A stretch of DNA of 64,000 nt from Lytechinus pictus (taxonomy: Eukaryota). Every line of letters begins with the position of its first letter. Positions within the stretch are counted from its first letter, which is position 1. Where the stretch lies: positions 10,232,001-10,296,000 of the forward strand of contig NC_087245.1 of NCBI RefSeq assembly GCF_037042905.1. The letters are read 5' to 3'. Below the pieces are notes generated by a model. That model was not told where the DNA came from. It worked only from the letters and a program-made list of their open reading frames with translations, and ran no database searches. Made by a program: the position numbers and the translations under genes. Below are positions 53,901 through 64,000 of the stretch, piece by piece.

Positions 53901-54635
53901 ATTGTTTCCATCCATTTCATTATACGTTGTCTCCTATAATTTATTTTATTTCCTCTTGGGTGTGGAACCAACACCCTGGCCCGCCTGTATGCCAGTGATT
54001 GAACGGGGGGGGGGGGGCGTTATCGAGCCATTTGAAAGTTATAAATGAAGAGCCTCTACTGCTTGGGGTCTGGGGCAAATCCCAGCTAGGTAGCTTATTT
54101 GCATAAAATTTAGCAAGCTTATAGCACAATGTTGTATGCAGTCCATCTTTCTAGGGTATTGTAGTAGGATTGTAAGTTGTGGGTTGTATAGTTAGTATGT
54201 TGTATTACGTTCTGTCTCTGTTTAACACTTAACAACCAATGACAATTATTTTACCATTAATGCACTTGATTGTCGATTGATTATATTTATTTCCCAGCAA
54301 AAGGTACAAAATTGCATTGGGATGATGATAATGATTTTCTAACAGATGTATTTAAAAAAAATTGACTGGTTGGTAAAAACAGATTTAAATGTCAATGGAG
54401 TAAAGTTCTTTATCACTCATTACCAGCCATTGCTTCAAGATTCTTGAATCATGCAATTTGACTGGTCAAATGTTGTTGATTTTAAGTATTTGTTATTGGT
54501 AACAAGTTTTATAGAACCTAATCCTGGTTTTGATTGGCTTTTGGGTTCTGTCCTAGTTATTAATATTATTGGTAATCATCAATGAAAAGGAAATGAATTA
54601 TTTGAATTTGGTAAAGATTAGTGTTTATGAGTTAA

Positions 54636-55029
54636 AGAGAAATTCCAGTATTTGCAGTAAACACTGATTTCATGAGAAAGTCTGTAAAACCAGGCTTAAT
54701 TGTCAGTATATCATCGAGGATCTAGATCTGGTACAGTTACATAAACTGAACTTTGTGAAATCTTGAAATCTACGCTGAAAAATGTTCACACTGAAGATCA
54801 CCAACACAGATAAGCGCACGTGGGACAGTGTATTATTATTGCTGGAATAAAGACCCGACGGAAGTGACAGAATCCGCGCTTATTTTGCTTATTTCTCAGC
54901 AATTACACAATTTCTTCCAGAATCCTTTGGCACATATTTTTAATTCATACAAACAGACACTTGGGTGGTCATTATATTAGATTCTGTAAAAAGTCATTTT
55001 GAGATCGTTACCAAAACTGGAATTTATCT
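54636..55029. mobile_element. MITE with TTAA TSD (Kolobok-like)
   Basis: TTAA-AGAGAAATTCCAGT ... ACTGGAATTTATCT-TTAA. Confidence 0.85.
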
Positions 55030-55315
55030 TTAAGCAATATTTTTAATGAAAAGGGTGATTTGATTTTATCATCATAATGTAGATTGCAGATCCTTGGATA
55101 GGGAATGAGGGGATTGGGTCAACTTATGTCATATCCCTCCTACTTATTACCTTTCTTCTTGATTGGGGGAAAAAACGCCTGGAAATTTATTCATATGTAT
55201 GGGAAATATATGTTATGATGAATCAGTATTTACTTTTTGAAATAATATAATGTGCTAAAAGAAATATGATATTAAAAGATATGATTCAATTATTTATCTT
55301 TCAATTTTTAACTCG

Positions 55316-55535
55316 ATAGTTTGATTGATTGGTGGGGATTTTTTACCTCATTGCTAAGAAAGCATGAATGCTTGTAAGCAAGCAACCAGAGGACCGACGG
55401 CTTAAGGTCCTCTCCGAAGGACCTGGTAATGAGGATTAATGCCTTACCAAAGGGCACTAGCGCACCAAGTGTGAATCGAACCCGGGTCACCAGAATACGA
55501 ATCCCCCGCTCTACCGACTGAGCTATCGCGCCTCC
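55316..55535 (-). mobile_element. tRNA-derived SINE, same family as 8518-8714
   Basis: Minus strand GGAGGCGCGATAGCTCAGTCGGTAGAGCG...GGGTTCGATTC, same body, (AATC)n-like tail. Confidence 0.92.
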
Positions 55536-56189
55536 TGAGCTATCGCGCACATAGTATTGTGCTGCCAACGGCGCCGTTTCGACTGCCCGTAATTCTGCGA
55601 AACTGTTGCAACGATTTCAAAGCATTCATATTACCATGAGTTTTTGAGTGGGAAAGTAAGTTTATAGTCAATTGCAGTCATAACGTCAGTGAAATGTTGC
55701 TTTATCAACCTAAATCGTAATGACATAGTTCGAAAGTGCTGCATTTATACACAATCATTTTAGGGCTGCATAGTCTGGGGAATCTTATTGAATAACATTT
55801 AGAAAAGCTGATGCGCCTCACACGGTCAACTTGGCAAGTGTTGTTTGCCTTCTTTTCGGGGGGGGGGGGGTGTCTCTATTTCTGGATTAGTTTCTTGCAC
55901 ATCTGTATCTAAAAAAATCAGTAGAGAATCTGACAATACCAGCTATCTTTTTGGTTCTCGATTCGCTGAACCTACCATAGCTGCACCGAAGTTACGTGTG
56001 GTTACCATGACAACACAGTGGATGTTGGGAGTGCCTTCATCGTAATTATTTTTGATGAATTGCATCATAATTGAGATGATGGGATATAATGACCCACACG
56101 TGATCAACTGTTAAAAATAATTGTCTGGTTGTTTCGAAGAAAAATGTTTAAAGACATTGAAATTTGTGAGATATTTCCTATTTTTGAGC

Positions 56190-56253
56190 AAGCGCCATGA
56201 GCGCCCAGCTGAGGCGGATACCGGCGCTATACAAGAACCCATCATCATCATCA
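56190..56253 (+). mobile_element. 3' tail remnant of an L2-type LINE or SINE
   Basis: AAGCGCC...GGCGCT stem followed by ATACAAG and (CAT)n, the usual L2-type 3' end architecture. Confidence 0.6.
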
Positions 56254-57072
56254 TATATCGTCTTGTGCATCAAATTAATTAGTCAAGCTATTTCATAATG
56301 GACGTAGACACAGTGTTAGTTTTTACAAATGTAATTGGAGGATGTTCTTCCGCCTTTCTCAGTTCATCGATATCAGTGACAACATGTTTAAAGAAACGTA
56401 AAACTCACCAATCAAAAACTTGATTCATGATTGTCACGCTCGGGTATCAGATGAAGATATTAACATGTTGGATCCTATGAATTCGTTATGAGACAAAGCC
56501 TGGATGGTCTGTAGATTATTGTGACTTACAATCCTATAAAGATTATGGTCTACGCTGAATTTAGCATGAATTTTAATTTATATTATGAATTAAGTGTAAA
56601 ATTAATATCATTGTAGAAGTATATAGGCTCTTTATTCTTTCCACGTTTTTCACAATAATTTACACATACTATGACAAAAAATAAAAGGATGCAATTTCGC
56701 ATCCTCCAAATGCAACACTGGGAGCTCCTTTTAAGTGAAAAGCATTAGATCCTAAGAATCTTCTTTTGGACCTCTAAGGGTAGACTTAGCTACATTATGC
56801 CCCTGAAGGGTGTATAGTTGTACCCTTTTGAAATCAACATTTTTATACACCTTCAAAGTTTCATTCACTATAATTTGTACCATTCAGTTAATAAACATGA
56901 CATTTCTGGTACCTTAAAGCGTGCTGCCAGTGTCACAGTTTGGCATTCCCCCCCACCATTGTGAAGGAATATTGCTGTTAATCTTTTTTTTTTTTTCTCT
57001 CTTTCACCCATAACAGGGGCATTTATTTTCAACAAAAAATCATTTCATATACACATCGTTTTTAAACAAAAC

Positions 57073-60000
57073 TCATAGATACATTTCCAAAGCAACAGGC
57101 AAATTATACATTTCTTTCTTACTTCTTTTTCTCAGAATCTTATTGATATCTAATCTTAATTTCAATTCTCTGACAAAAGTAAACCATAATTTATTTTCTC
57201 TTTCTTCTTTTCTATGTAAGTTTCTAAAAATTAACATCTTATAAATACTCCAAAGTGCTATTGTTATAATATCATCAATCTTCTTTTCTTTGTAATTTTT
57301 CAACAAAATATCGACATGAAAACAAAGGTCTACGTCATACACATTTTTAATCATTATGAATAAATTATAAAAGAAATGCCTATTCAAACTACAATACAAA
57401 AAAGCATGTATTAAATCTTCTTTGATATTACAAACTTCACATTTATCATCATTGTCCAATTGCCATAAAAACAACATCCTCTTCGTAGGAATTAAGTTAT
57501 ACAACAATTTTAAATTGAATTGTTTCAATTTGTTTTCCCCTATATTTTTCAAATTTCTCTGAAAGACATTCTTCCAATTTATAGGACTATCGGCAAAGTC
57601 AGCCCAATATGTAGGAGCGTCGTTTGTTTTGTCATGTGTTAATAAAATGTAGTAAAATAGCTTGCTGGAACAGAACTTAAGTTGCTTGTCTTTTCCCTTC
57701 AGTGGTATTTTTGGAATGTCCAACGTAATACCATCTGTTAAATCATTCAACCATATTTTCGGTATCGCCCTTTGTAGTTTAGAATAATCAAACAGGGCTC
57801 TTGCTTTTGTTTTCTCGGATTCAAAATATTCTTTCAGTTTCGTAAGAGATACAAATTTTCCTTCGATACAAATATCTTTCAGAAAAATTATTTTGCTAGC
57901 GTACCAATCTCTATAGAAAAATGGTTGATTATGATATACAATATATTTATTATACCATAGAATCTGTGTGTTCGATAACAACTCATCTTTTTTTGTGGAT
58001 TCTTTCAAGTGTGACCATGATTTTATAATCTCAACATAAAATTTTGGCAATTTGTTAACAAACCATTTTTCTATCATGTGATTATCCATAGTACAGTTAA
58101 GAACTAGTCTGACACCCCCAACTGATTCCAAATTCAATAAAGCAAAATCTTTCCAATAACCACTTGTATCGTCAACTATTCTCGCCAACCATTTCAATCT
58201 GAAACTCTGTATTAATTTCTGAATGTCGATCATTCTAATACCACCATCCTCATATTCCTTTACAATTGTCATTCTCTTAACTTTGTCAACTTTCGCGTTC
58301 CATAAAAAATGGTAAATTATCTTCTCCAATTTCTTTACTATCTGGTGAGGAACTGGACAAAACATAAGTAAATGAATTATTTGACTTACAAGTAGAGTCT
58401 TGATAATAAGGACTCTTCCTATAATTGTGAGATCTCTTTTCCTCCAATTGTCCACGATTCTCTGTATCTTTTGTAATTTGGTTTCCCAGTTCAATTTCAC
58501 AACCTTATCTAGGTCATGGTCTATATGAACTCCTAAATATTTAATACAACCTTTCGTCCACTTCAAACCATATTTATCAAAATTCCAATAAGTTTCCGTA
58601 GAGCCTAACCATTTCAGCATTGTTTTGTCTTTATTAACAACCGGCCCGGCCACATGTCCAAATTTATCTAATTCTTCCATAATATATTGCATAGACGATT
58701 TCTCTCTCAAAAACACAGATGTATCGTCTGCATATTGTAAGATTTTTAATTCTGTTCTTTTGTTGTGTCCAAATAGAATTCCTTTAATTTTGTCATTTCT
58801 TCTGATTCTTTCTGCTAGGGTTTCTACCACCAAGATAAACAACATTGCCGATAGGGGGCAGCCTTGTCTTATGCCTCTACAGATCTGAAATGTTTGCGTT
58901 CTCCAACCATTGATTAGTATCGAACTCTCCACTTTTTCATACATTAATTTAACCCAACATCGGAAGTCTTCGCCGAAATTAAAATGACTCAAACAGCTTT
59001 CAATAAAATCAAATTCCACGGAGTCGAATGCCTTCCGAAAGTCAACTAACATTAAGGCACCTTCTAAATTGTACTTTTTCATATAATCAAAAACATCTTG
59101 CGTAAGTCTAATATTAAAACCACTCATTCTGTTTTTTATGTAACCTACCTGATTTTCATGAACAAGTTTTGATAACACTTTATGTAACCTGTTTGATAAG
59201 GCAGCGGCCGTTATTTTGTAGTCGTAATTTAACAAGGTTATTGGCCTCCAGTTATTCAAATCTTCAATCTGTCCTTTTTTGTGAATCAATGTAATAATTC
59301 CTAACCGTTGGGTTTTTGACATAACCTTATTACTAAAATTTTCATTTAGAGCATTGACCAACATAAATTCAATATCGTCCCAAAACTCGAAAAAGAATTC
59401 GACGGGTAAACCGTCTGCTCCCGGACTTTTGTTTTTGCTCATCTTAAAAGCAGCAATTCGACATTCTGAATATGTTAATAGTCCTTCACATTTTTCTTTG
59501 TCTGTTTCACTTAACTTATTTACAACGGAACCTACAAAATATCTTTCAATATCTTCTTTTCGTATATGTTTACTGGCGTATAGTTCTTTGTAAAAAGAAA
59601 CAACCTCATTTAGAATCTGTACTCGTTTCGTAATAATCTTATTATCTTTTCGTATTTTAGTTATATTTCTTTTCTGGGCGTTTTTCTTTTCTAGACTCAG
59701 AAAATATTTTGTATTCTTTTCGCCCTTTTCTAGCCATTTGATTCTAGCTCGTATACTTGCTGCTTTACAATCTCTTTTATACAGTCTATCTAAATCACTT
59801 TTAATACAGAGGTACTCTTTTCTAGTCACATCATCAATGTTACCTTGTTCATCAATTTTCCTAGTTATCTTAGCAAATCTTTCTTCTAAGCTTGTCTTTG
59901 ATTCTTTTGATTTATGCTTCTTTCCAATACAGTATGTTTGTGTAAATTCACGACATCTAATCTTTGTAAGTTCCCATCTTTCAGAGAAACTAAGATTCAT

Positions 60001-60846
60001 ATTTTCAATGTTTCTAATAATTTTTCTTACTTTACTTTTATACACATCATCTTTCAGAATATGCGTATTTAATTTCCAGAATCCTGGACCTTTCTCCACT
60101 TTACCTATCAACACCTTAAAAAAAATAGCGTTGTGGTCACAACGTACAGATGGACGTATATCACACATCATTATTTTTGCTTTCAGATTCTTATTTACCA
60201 GCCAATAATCAAGGCGTGATGCCAAATCTAAAGATACATTTCTCCAAGTAAACTGTCGTTTGTTTGGATTAAAACGTCTCCATATATCACATAAATCAAA
60301 ATGTTTGATAATAGCTTTAAGATTTTGTGGTGTCTTATAATAAGTATTCGGATTTCTTTTCACGTCTTTAGTTGGGGAGAGGATGGAATTAAAGTCTCCA
60401 CCTATTACTAACTCGCTATCTAGAGGTCTGTTCGACTCGATCCACCTATAAAGCTTTTTGAAGAATCGTTCTCTGTATTTCTTTTCTGTGGGTGCATAAA
60501 TATTTACTATACATAGATTACAATTACTAATCATAATATTTAACATAATCATCCGTCCTTCTTGACCATAAATTATGTTATTGAAAGTTATTGGTAAATC
60601 TTTTGAAATAAGAATGGCGACTCCTCTGGCATGATTAGATCCATTTGAACAAAAAACCTGCCCTTTCCATTCATTTCGAATGATTTTCAAAATATTATCT
60701 GTCCAATAAGTTTCTTGTAGTAACAATATGTCTGTTTTCTGATGCTTGCTCCATAACAGGATTGCGTCTCTTTTTTCTTTACTTCTGATACCTCTAACAT
60801 TCAAACTAATCAAGTTGCAGTATTTGTTTTTTATTCCTGCTGGCAT
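57073..60846 (-). CDS. LINE ORF2: APE endonuclease, reverse transcriptase and C-terminal Cys/His motif (Tx1-like), 1257 aa
   Basis: APE motifs SLNVRGI, LLQET, NIYAP, GGDFN, RLDY, CDH. RT motifs KSPGADG, NWRPITLLN, DFRKAFD, GIRQGCPLS, QYADD, YLG. C-terminal CEVC-x4-EDLIHAFLYC. No stops. Confidence 0.97.
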   Translation of the reverse strand: MPAGIKNKYCNLISLNVRGIRSKEKRDAILLWSKHQKTDILLLQETYWTDNILKIIRNEWKGQVFCSNGSNHARGVAILISKDLPITFNNIIYGQEGRMIMLNIMISNCNLCIVNIYAPTEKKYRERFFKKLYRWIESNRPLDSELVIGGDFNSILSPTKDVKRNPNTYYKTPQNLKAIIKHFDLCDIWRRFNPNKRQFTWRNVSLDLASRLDYWLVNKNLKAKIMMCDIRPSVRCDHNAIFFKVLIGKVEKGPGFWKLNTHILKDDVYKSKVRKIIRNIENMNLSFSERWELTKIRCREFTQTYCIGKKHKSKESKTSLEERFAKITRKIDEQGNIDDVTRKEYLCIKSDLDRLYKRDCKAASIRARIKWLEKGEKNTKYFLSLEKKNAQKRNITKIRKDNKIITKRVQILNEVVSFYKELYASKHIRKEDIERYFVGSVVNKLSETDKEKCEGLLTYSECRIAAFKMSKNKSPGADGLPVEFFFEFWDDIEFMLVNALNENFSNKVMSKTQRLGIITLIHKKGQIEDLNNWRPITLLNYDYKITAAALSNRLHKVLSKLVHENQVGYIKNRMSGFNIRLTQDVFDYMKKYNLEGALMLVDFRKAFDSVEFDFIESCLSHFNFGEDFRCWVKLMYEKVESSILINGWRTQTFQICRGIRQGCPLSAMLFILVVETLAERIRRNDKIKGILFGHNKRTELKILQYADDTSVFLREKSSMQYIMEELDKFGHVAGPVVNKDKTMLKWLGSTETYWNFDKYGLKWTKGCIKYLGVHIDHDLDKVVKLNWETKLQKIQRIVDNWRKRDLTIIGRVLIIKTLLVSQIIHLLMFCPVPHQIVKKLEKIIYHFLWNAKVDKVKRMTIVKEYEDGGIRMIDIQKLIQSFRLKWLARIVDDTSGYWKDFALLNLESVGGVRLVLNCTMDNHMIEKWFVNKLPKFYVEIIKSWSHLKESTKKDELLSNTQILWYNKYIVYHNQPFFYRDWYASKIIFLKDICIEGKFVSLTKLKEYFESEKTKARALFDYSKLQRAIPKIWLNDLTDGITLDIPKIPLKGKDKQLKFCSSKLFYYILLTHDKTNDAPTYWADFADSPINWKNVFQRNLKNIGENKLKQFNLKLLYNLIPTKRMLFLWQLDNDDKCEVCNIKEDLIHAFLYCSLNRHFFYNLFIMIKNVYDVDLCFHVDILLKNYKEKKIDDIITIALWSIYKMLIFRNLHRKEERENKLWFTFVRELKLRLDINKILRKRSKKEMYNLPVALEMYL

Positions 60847-60903
60847 AGGTGATTTATTTACACTATTTACACTCTGTTATTGTCAGAAATCGGAAGCAGC
60901 TTC

Positions 60904-62064
60904 CTATTTCTTTTTTGCTGGTTTGCTCCTGATTTTTTGTTTCCGCTTACCCTTGGCGAACTTTTTCCCATCCTTCGGTAGTTTGGGGGAATCTGCTGAC
61001 ATATCGGAGTACTCTTGCTCCTCATCTTCACGCGTATCAGCATCTTCAAACTCTTCGTCACTCTCTGAATCTCCTTGTGAATCATTTTCACGCACCTTTT
61101 CTGTAGAGATGAATTGAGTGATCTTTGCTTGGGCTCGAGGTATCTCGTTGCTACTTGATGCTTTGTTGCTCTGTACCTTACGATCACGCTGATTCATCTC
61201 AATCTCGCGTTCTAGCTCATTTCCATTGGAATTTCTCACTGAAGGCGTATCTATCTTCTTTTGTACAGGACCCGATGGTTTCGAAGTAGGGGCAACCGTA
61301 TATTCGTTGTTCGGGTAATGGGCACAATCCATAGCCTTGTGACCAGGCTGGGAACACTTTCTGCAAACAACATCGTTGACACATCTTGAAGCATGATGCC
61401 CCTGTGTTAGACACCTAGAACACAGGGTGGGGGCTTTGTCCTGCCCTTCATGGTAAATACGTGCTTTGAATCCACTCATATTCATGGCTCGCGACAGAGG
61501 CGTTGTGGGGGGTGCGATGAACAGCATTCGATCACCTGTGTAGCAGTCGGTCAGAAGACCATTTACTCTTAATTTCATCCTTTGCACTCTACTTAGCACT
61601 TTGAATTTCTTTTTTTCGATTTCGTTAGCAATTACTTCGTCTTTCACAGACAAAGGGATATCCTTCACGATGACTTTCAAAGATGTAGTAGGGTCATGGC
61701 GATTCTGGAAGGGGTTTGTGTCGTAGATGGGGGCAGACACTCCTCTTATGTTGAGTCCTGTAGATATCAGAGCAATTCTATCGACTCTATCTACAAAGTA
61801 GATCCTCCAGAGTCCTCCAATTTTCTGCAACCCTTTCAGGTTTTTTGTTGAGCCAAGATGTCTGTGTATGGCTAGATATATTTCTTCATGCTGAAGCGGC
61901 TTTCCTTCGGGCACGTCTCTGTTCTTTAGGAAGACAGGCTTGACCCCGTTCTCCACGCCCGTACGACCCGTATCACGTGCCATTGTTTTGGTTGCGTCTG
62001 CATACGTGGCATCCGACGTAGCACCATACTCAACAGGCCGGGTTGAATCGTCACTTTCATACAT
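60904..62064 (-). CDS. LINE ORF1, gag-like nucleic-acid-binding protein with two CCHC zinc knuckles, 386 aa
   Basis: CSRCLTQGHHASRC and CRKCSQPGHKAMDC knuckles, acidic then basic C-terminal tail, 57 nt upstream of ORF2 on the same strand. Confidence 0.93.
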   Translation of the reverse strand: MYESDDSTRPVEYGATSDATYADATKTMARDTGRTGVENGVKPVFLKNRDVPEGKPLQHEEIYLAIHRHLGSTKNLKGLQKIGGLWRIYFVDRVDRIALISTGLNIRGVSAPIYDTNPFQNRHDPTTSLKVIVKDIPLSVKDEVIANEIEKKKFKVLSRVQRMKLRVNGLLTDCYTGDRMLFIAPPTTPLSRAMNMSGFKARIYHEGQDKAPTLCSRCLTQGHHASRCVNDVVCRKCSQPGHKAMDCAHYPNNEYTVAPTSKPSGPVQKKIDTPSVRNSNGNELEREIEMNQRDRKVQSNKASSSNEIPRAQAKITQFISTEKVRENDSQGDSESDEEFEDADTREDEEQEYSDMSADSPKLPKDGKKFAKGKRKQKIRSKPAKKK

Positions 62065-64000
62065 GATATTCTTTCCACCTCTTTATCAATTTGCCTTTAA
62101 CTAGTCCTATTCGAAGCTATTGTTCTAATGTTCTCAAATTTTCGGTCTTAAATTTGACTTACCAGTCTGCAAAAGTCAAAAATAACTATAAAATTCTCCA
62201 ATTCCAGGGAAGACGTGTCTATATCTTGATAATGACGAGCGCCCTCCCGATAATGACGAGCGCCCTCCCTTGCTGTTAATCTTAATCATTTCTGGGGAAG
62301 AGGAATTAGAGTAAGAAAGACATGGTGACGACTTTTATAAACCTTCCAGACAAGATACAGGGGTCGCGGAATGGTTTTCAAAGAGGGGGGGGGGGGGGGG
62401 TGACCATGCTAAAAATCACAATCATATAACATTTTTTCGTTTTTGTACACAGTTTTGGAAAAAAAAGCCCCCCAGCCTCCCCCCCCCCCGTTTCCGCGGC
62501 CCCTAAGATATGCAACTAAATGTAATTAATTATTGTCTTGTTGTTTTAAACATTCAAGTGTTCCACTTATTCGCGGTCTCGCTGACAACATTGCATATGC
62601 ATGATTTTTTTTAAGCAGCAGAGTACAGGTCTCTTATTAATTCTGACTGAATTTCATCTTCCAAACTTTCTCATGCTGTCGATAAAAATACTACCAGTAC
62701 TTGAATGAAGAAGATTCATGTGCTTCATACCCAATTGTGCAATAGCGCCACCTACAATCCAGTGATTTTTCTTGCACGACACTTATTCTTTATAGATAAG
62801 ATGAATGTATATACCCATTTACTCAACCTGATGACCATGACCTCGTATATCTTTATAGATCAATAATTGGTTGAGTACTGATGCGGTGAACAGGGTTTGA
62901 ACCAAACCCAGTGCCGTAGTATACGGGGTGTTTCTTGATGCTTCTCTGAAACCGACCCCGTTCCTCGTAGCTCTTTAGACCCCTTCTGACTCATCGATAA
63001 GAGATGATTGTGGGATTATTGGCAGATTTAACTCGTCCCATTTCCCGTTCATCTCAAATCTTCTTTCATCATAATTGTACAATTTTCCTCATATGAATTT
63101 CAATTAAAAATCGTCATCTCCATCGCTTCATTCTCTTACGTGACTAGTATTTCACAAGCATGCCATTATCCAAGTAATCATAAGACCCATCCCAACCCCT
63201 CTGTCTCTCTTTGTCTATGCCCGCCTCTCTCCCTGCTCCCCCTCTCTCTCGGCACCCTTTCTGCCCCTATCTCTCTTTCTTCAAGGGTTATCATGTGTTT
63301 TGAACTCTTTTAAAGGAAGTACTAATGATTTTTTTTTCAATTATCTCATCCCCTTGTAATTCAGCAATTTCTTTCACACACACACCTGTTTAACATAATT
63401 TAATTTAAAATTTCGGCGTAGAGGTTAAATAATCAGTGAATTGCATTTTATTTTTTGATTTCATTTCCTTTATGCCCATTTCCAACATCATGAACATTGT
63501 AAATCAGAAATATAGGGATTGAAATTCACAAATACATGCAATGTATTTTACAATTAAATCATCAATAAGAATAATTCAGTTCACAGTAATCATGTTGAAT
63601 ATTATGGGACTCCTGAAAAGCAGAGCCTATATATAGAGAGAACACTCCACCTATAATATTACATTTTACTTCAATAAAGAAAATGCGCTCCATCAGGTTC
63701 TTTCTCCTTCTAAATCGATATCAAATATCAACTTTCAAACTACACTGAAACTGGACTTATACATAAAGGAAAACTGTTATGAGAGCATTATAAACTGTTT
63801 GCATTCGATATTGATCACCACAAAATCGATATATTTTTCATTGATTTTCCACAGTGTATTTCATTACTGTATTACCCTGATTAACAGGTACAAAGCGTCT
63901 TTAAATAACTGAAAGAAACCATTCCCAAATTGCGTGAAAACACTGCTGATGATACTCGACACGCAATTTACAAGTATGTCTGTATAAGTCTATATGGTAA

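Larger units (their letters stand above)
56986..62269 (-). mobile_element. Full-length Tx1/L1-group non-LTR retrotransposon
   Basis: Two intact ORFs. AATAAA and an A-rich tail at the 3' end (poly-T on + at about 56984-56995). Direct repeat TTGCTGTTAATCTT at 56972-56985 and 62270-62283 (TSD). 5' UTR of about 205 nt. Confidence 0.95.

Noticed and set aside
58625..61414. Antisense and alternative-frame ORFs overlapping the Tx1 ORFs
   Set aside because: Shadow frames of the real coding strand with no independent motifs.

Overview
AT-rich, repeat-dominated animal genomic DNA. The repeat style (GCGCTTCGCGCTCGC arrays, TTAA-flanked MITEs, tRNA-derived SINEs) suggests an echinoderm such as a sea urchin, which is an inference. 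No intact host protein-coding gene, rRNA, true tRNA or CRISPR array is supported. Main contents: (1) a full-length, ORF-intact Tx1/L1-group LINE on the minus strand (56986-62269) with a 14-bp TSD and a tandem 21-bp repeat at its 5' end; (2) a nearly intact CR1/L2-group (Crack-like) LINE ORF2 (45965-48910) with two frameshifts, no visible ORF1 and a strong splice acceptor just upstream; (3) a truncated RT fragment (2144-2810); (4) a decayed non-autonomous LTR-like element (14079-16534) that appears to interrupt a spliced DEATH-domain pseudogene (about 12059-17130); (5) many non-autonomous DNA transposons (Kolobok-, Academ-, Merlin/MULE-, hAT-, piggyBac- and Helentron-like), some nested; (6) two tRNA-derived SINEs, several 115-295 bp tandem arrays and short near-perfect hairpins. 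Family assignments rest on termini, TSDs and motifs read by eye, not on database searches. I found no unambiguous new biological system; the best candidates are listed as hypotheses.
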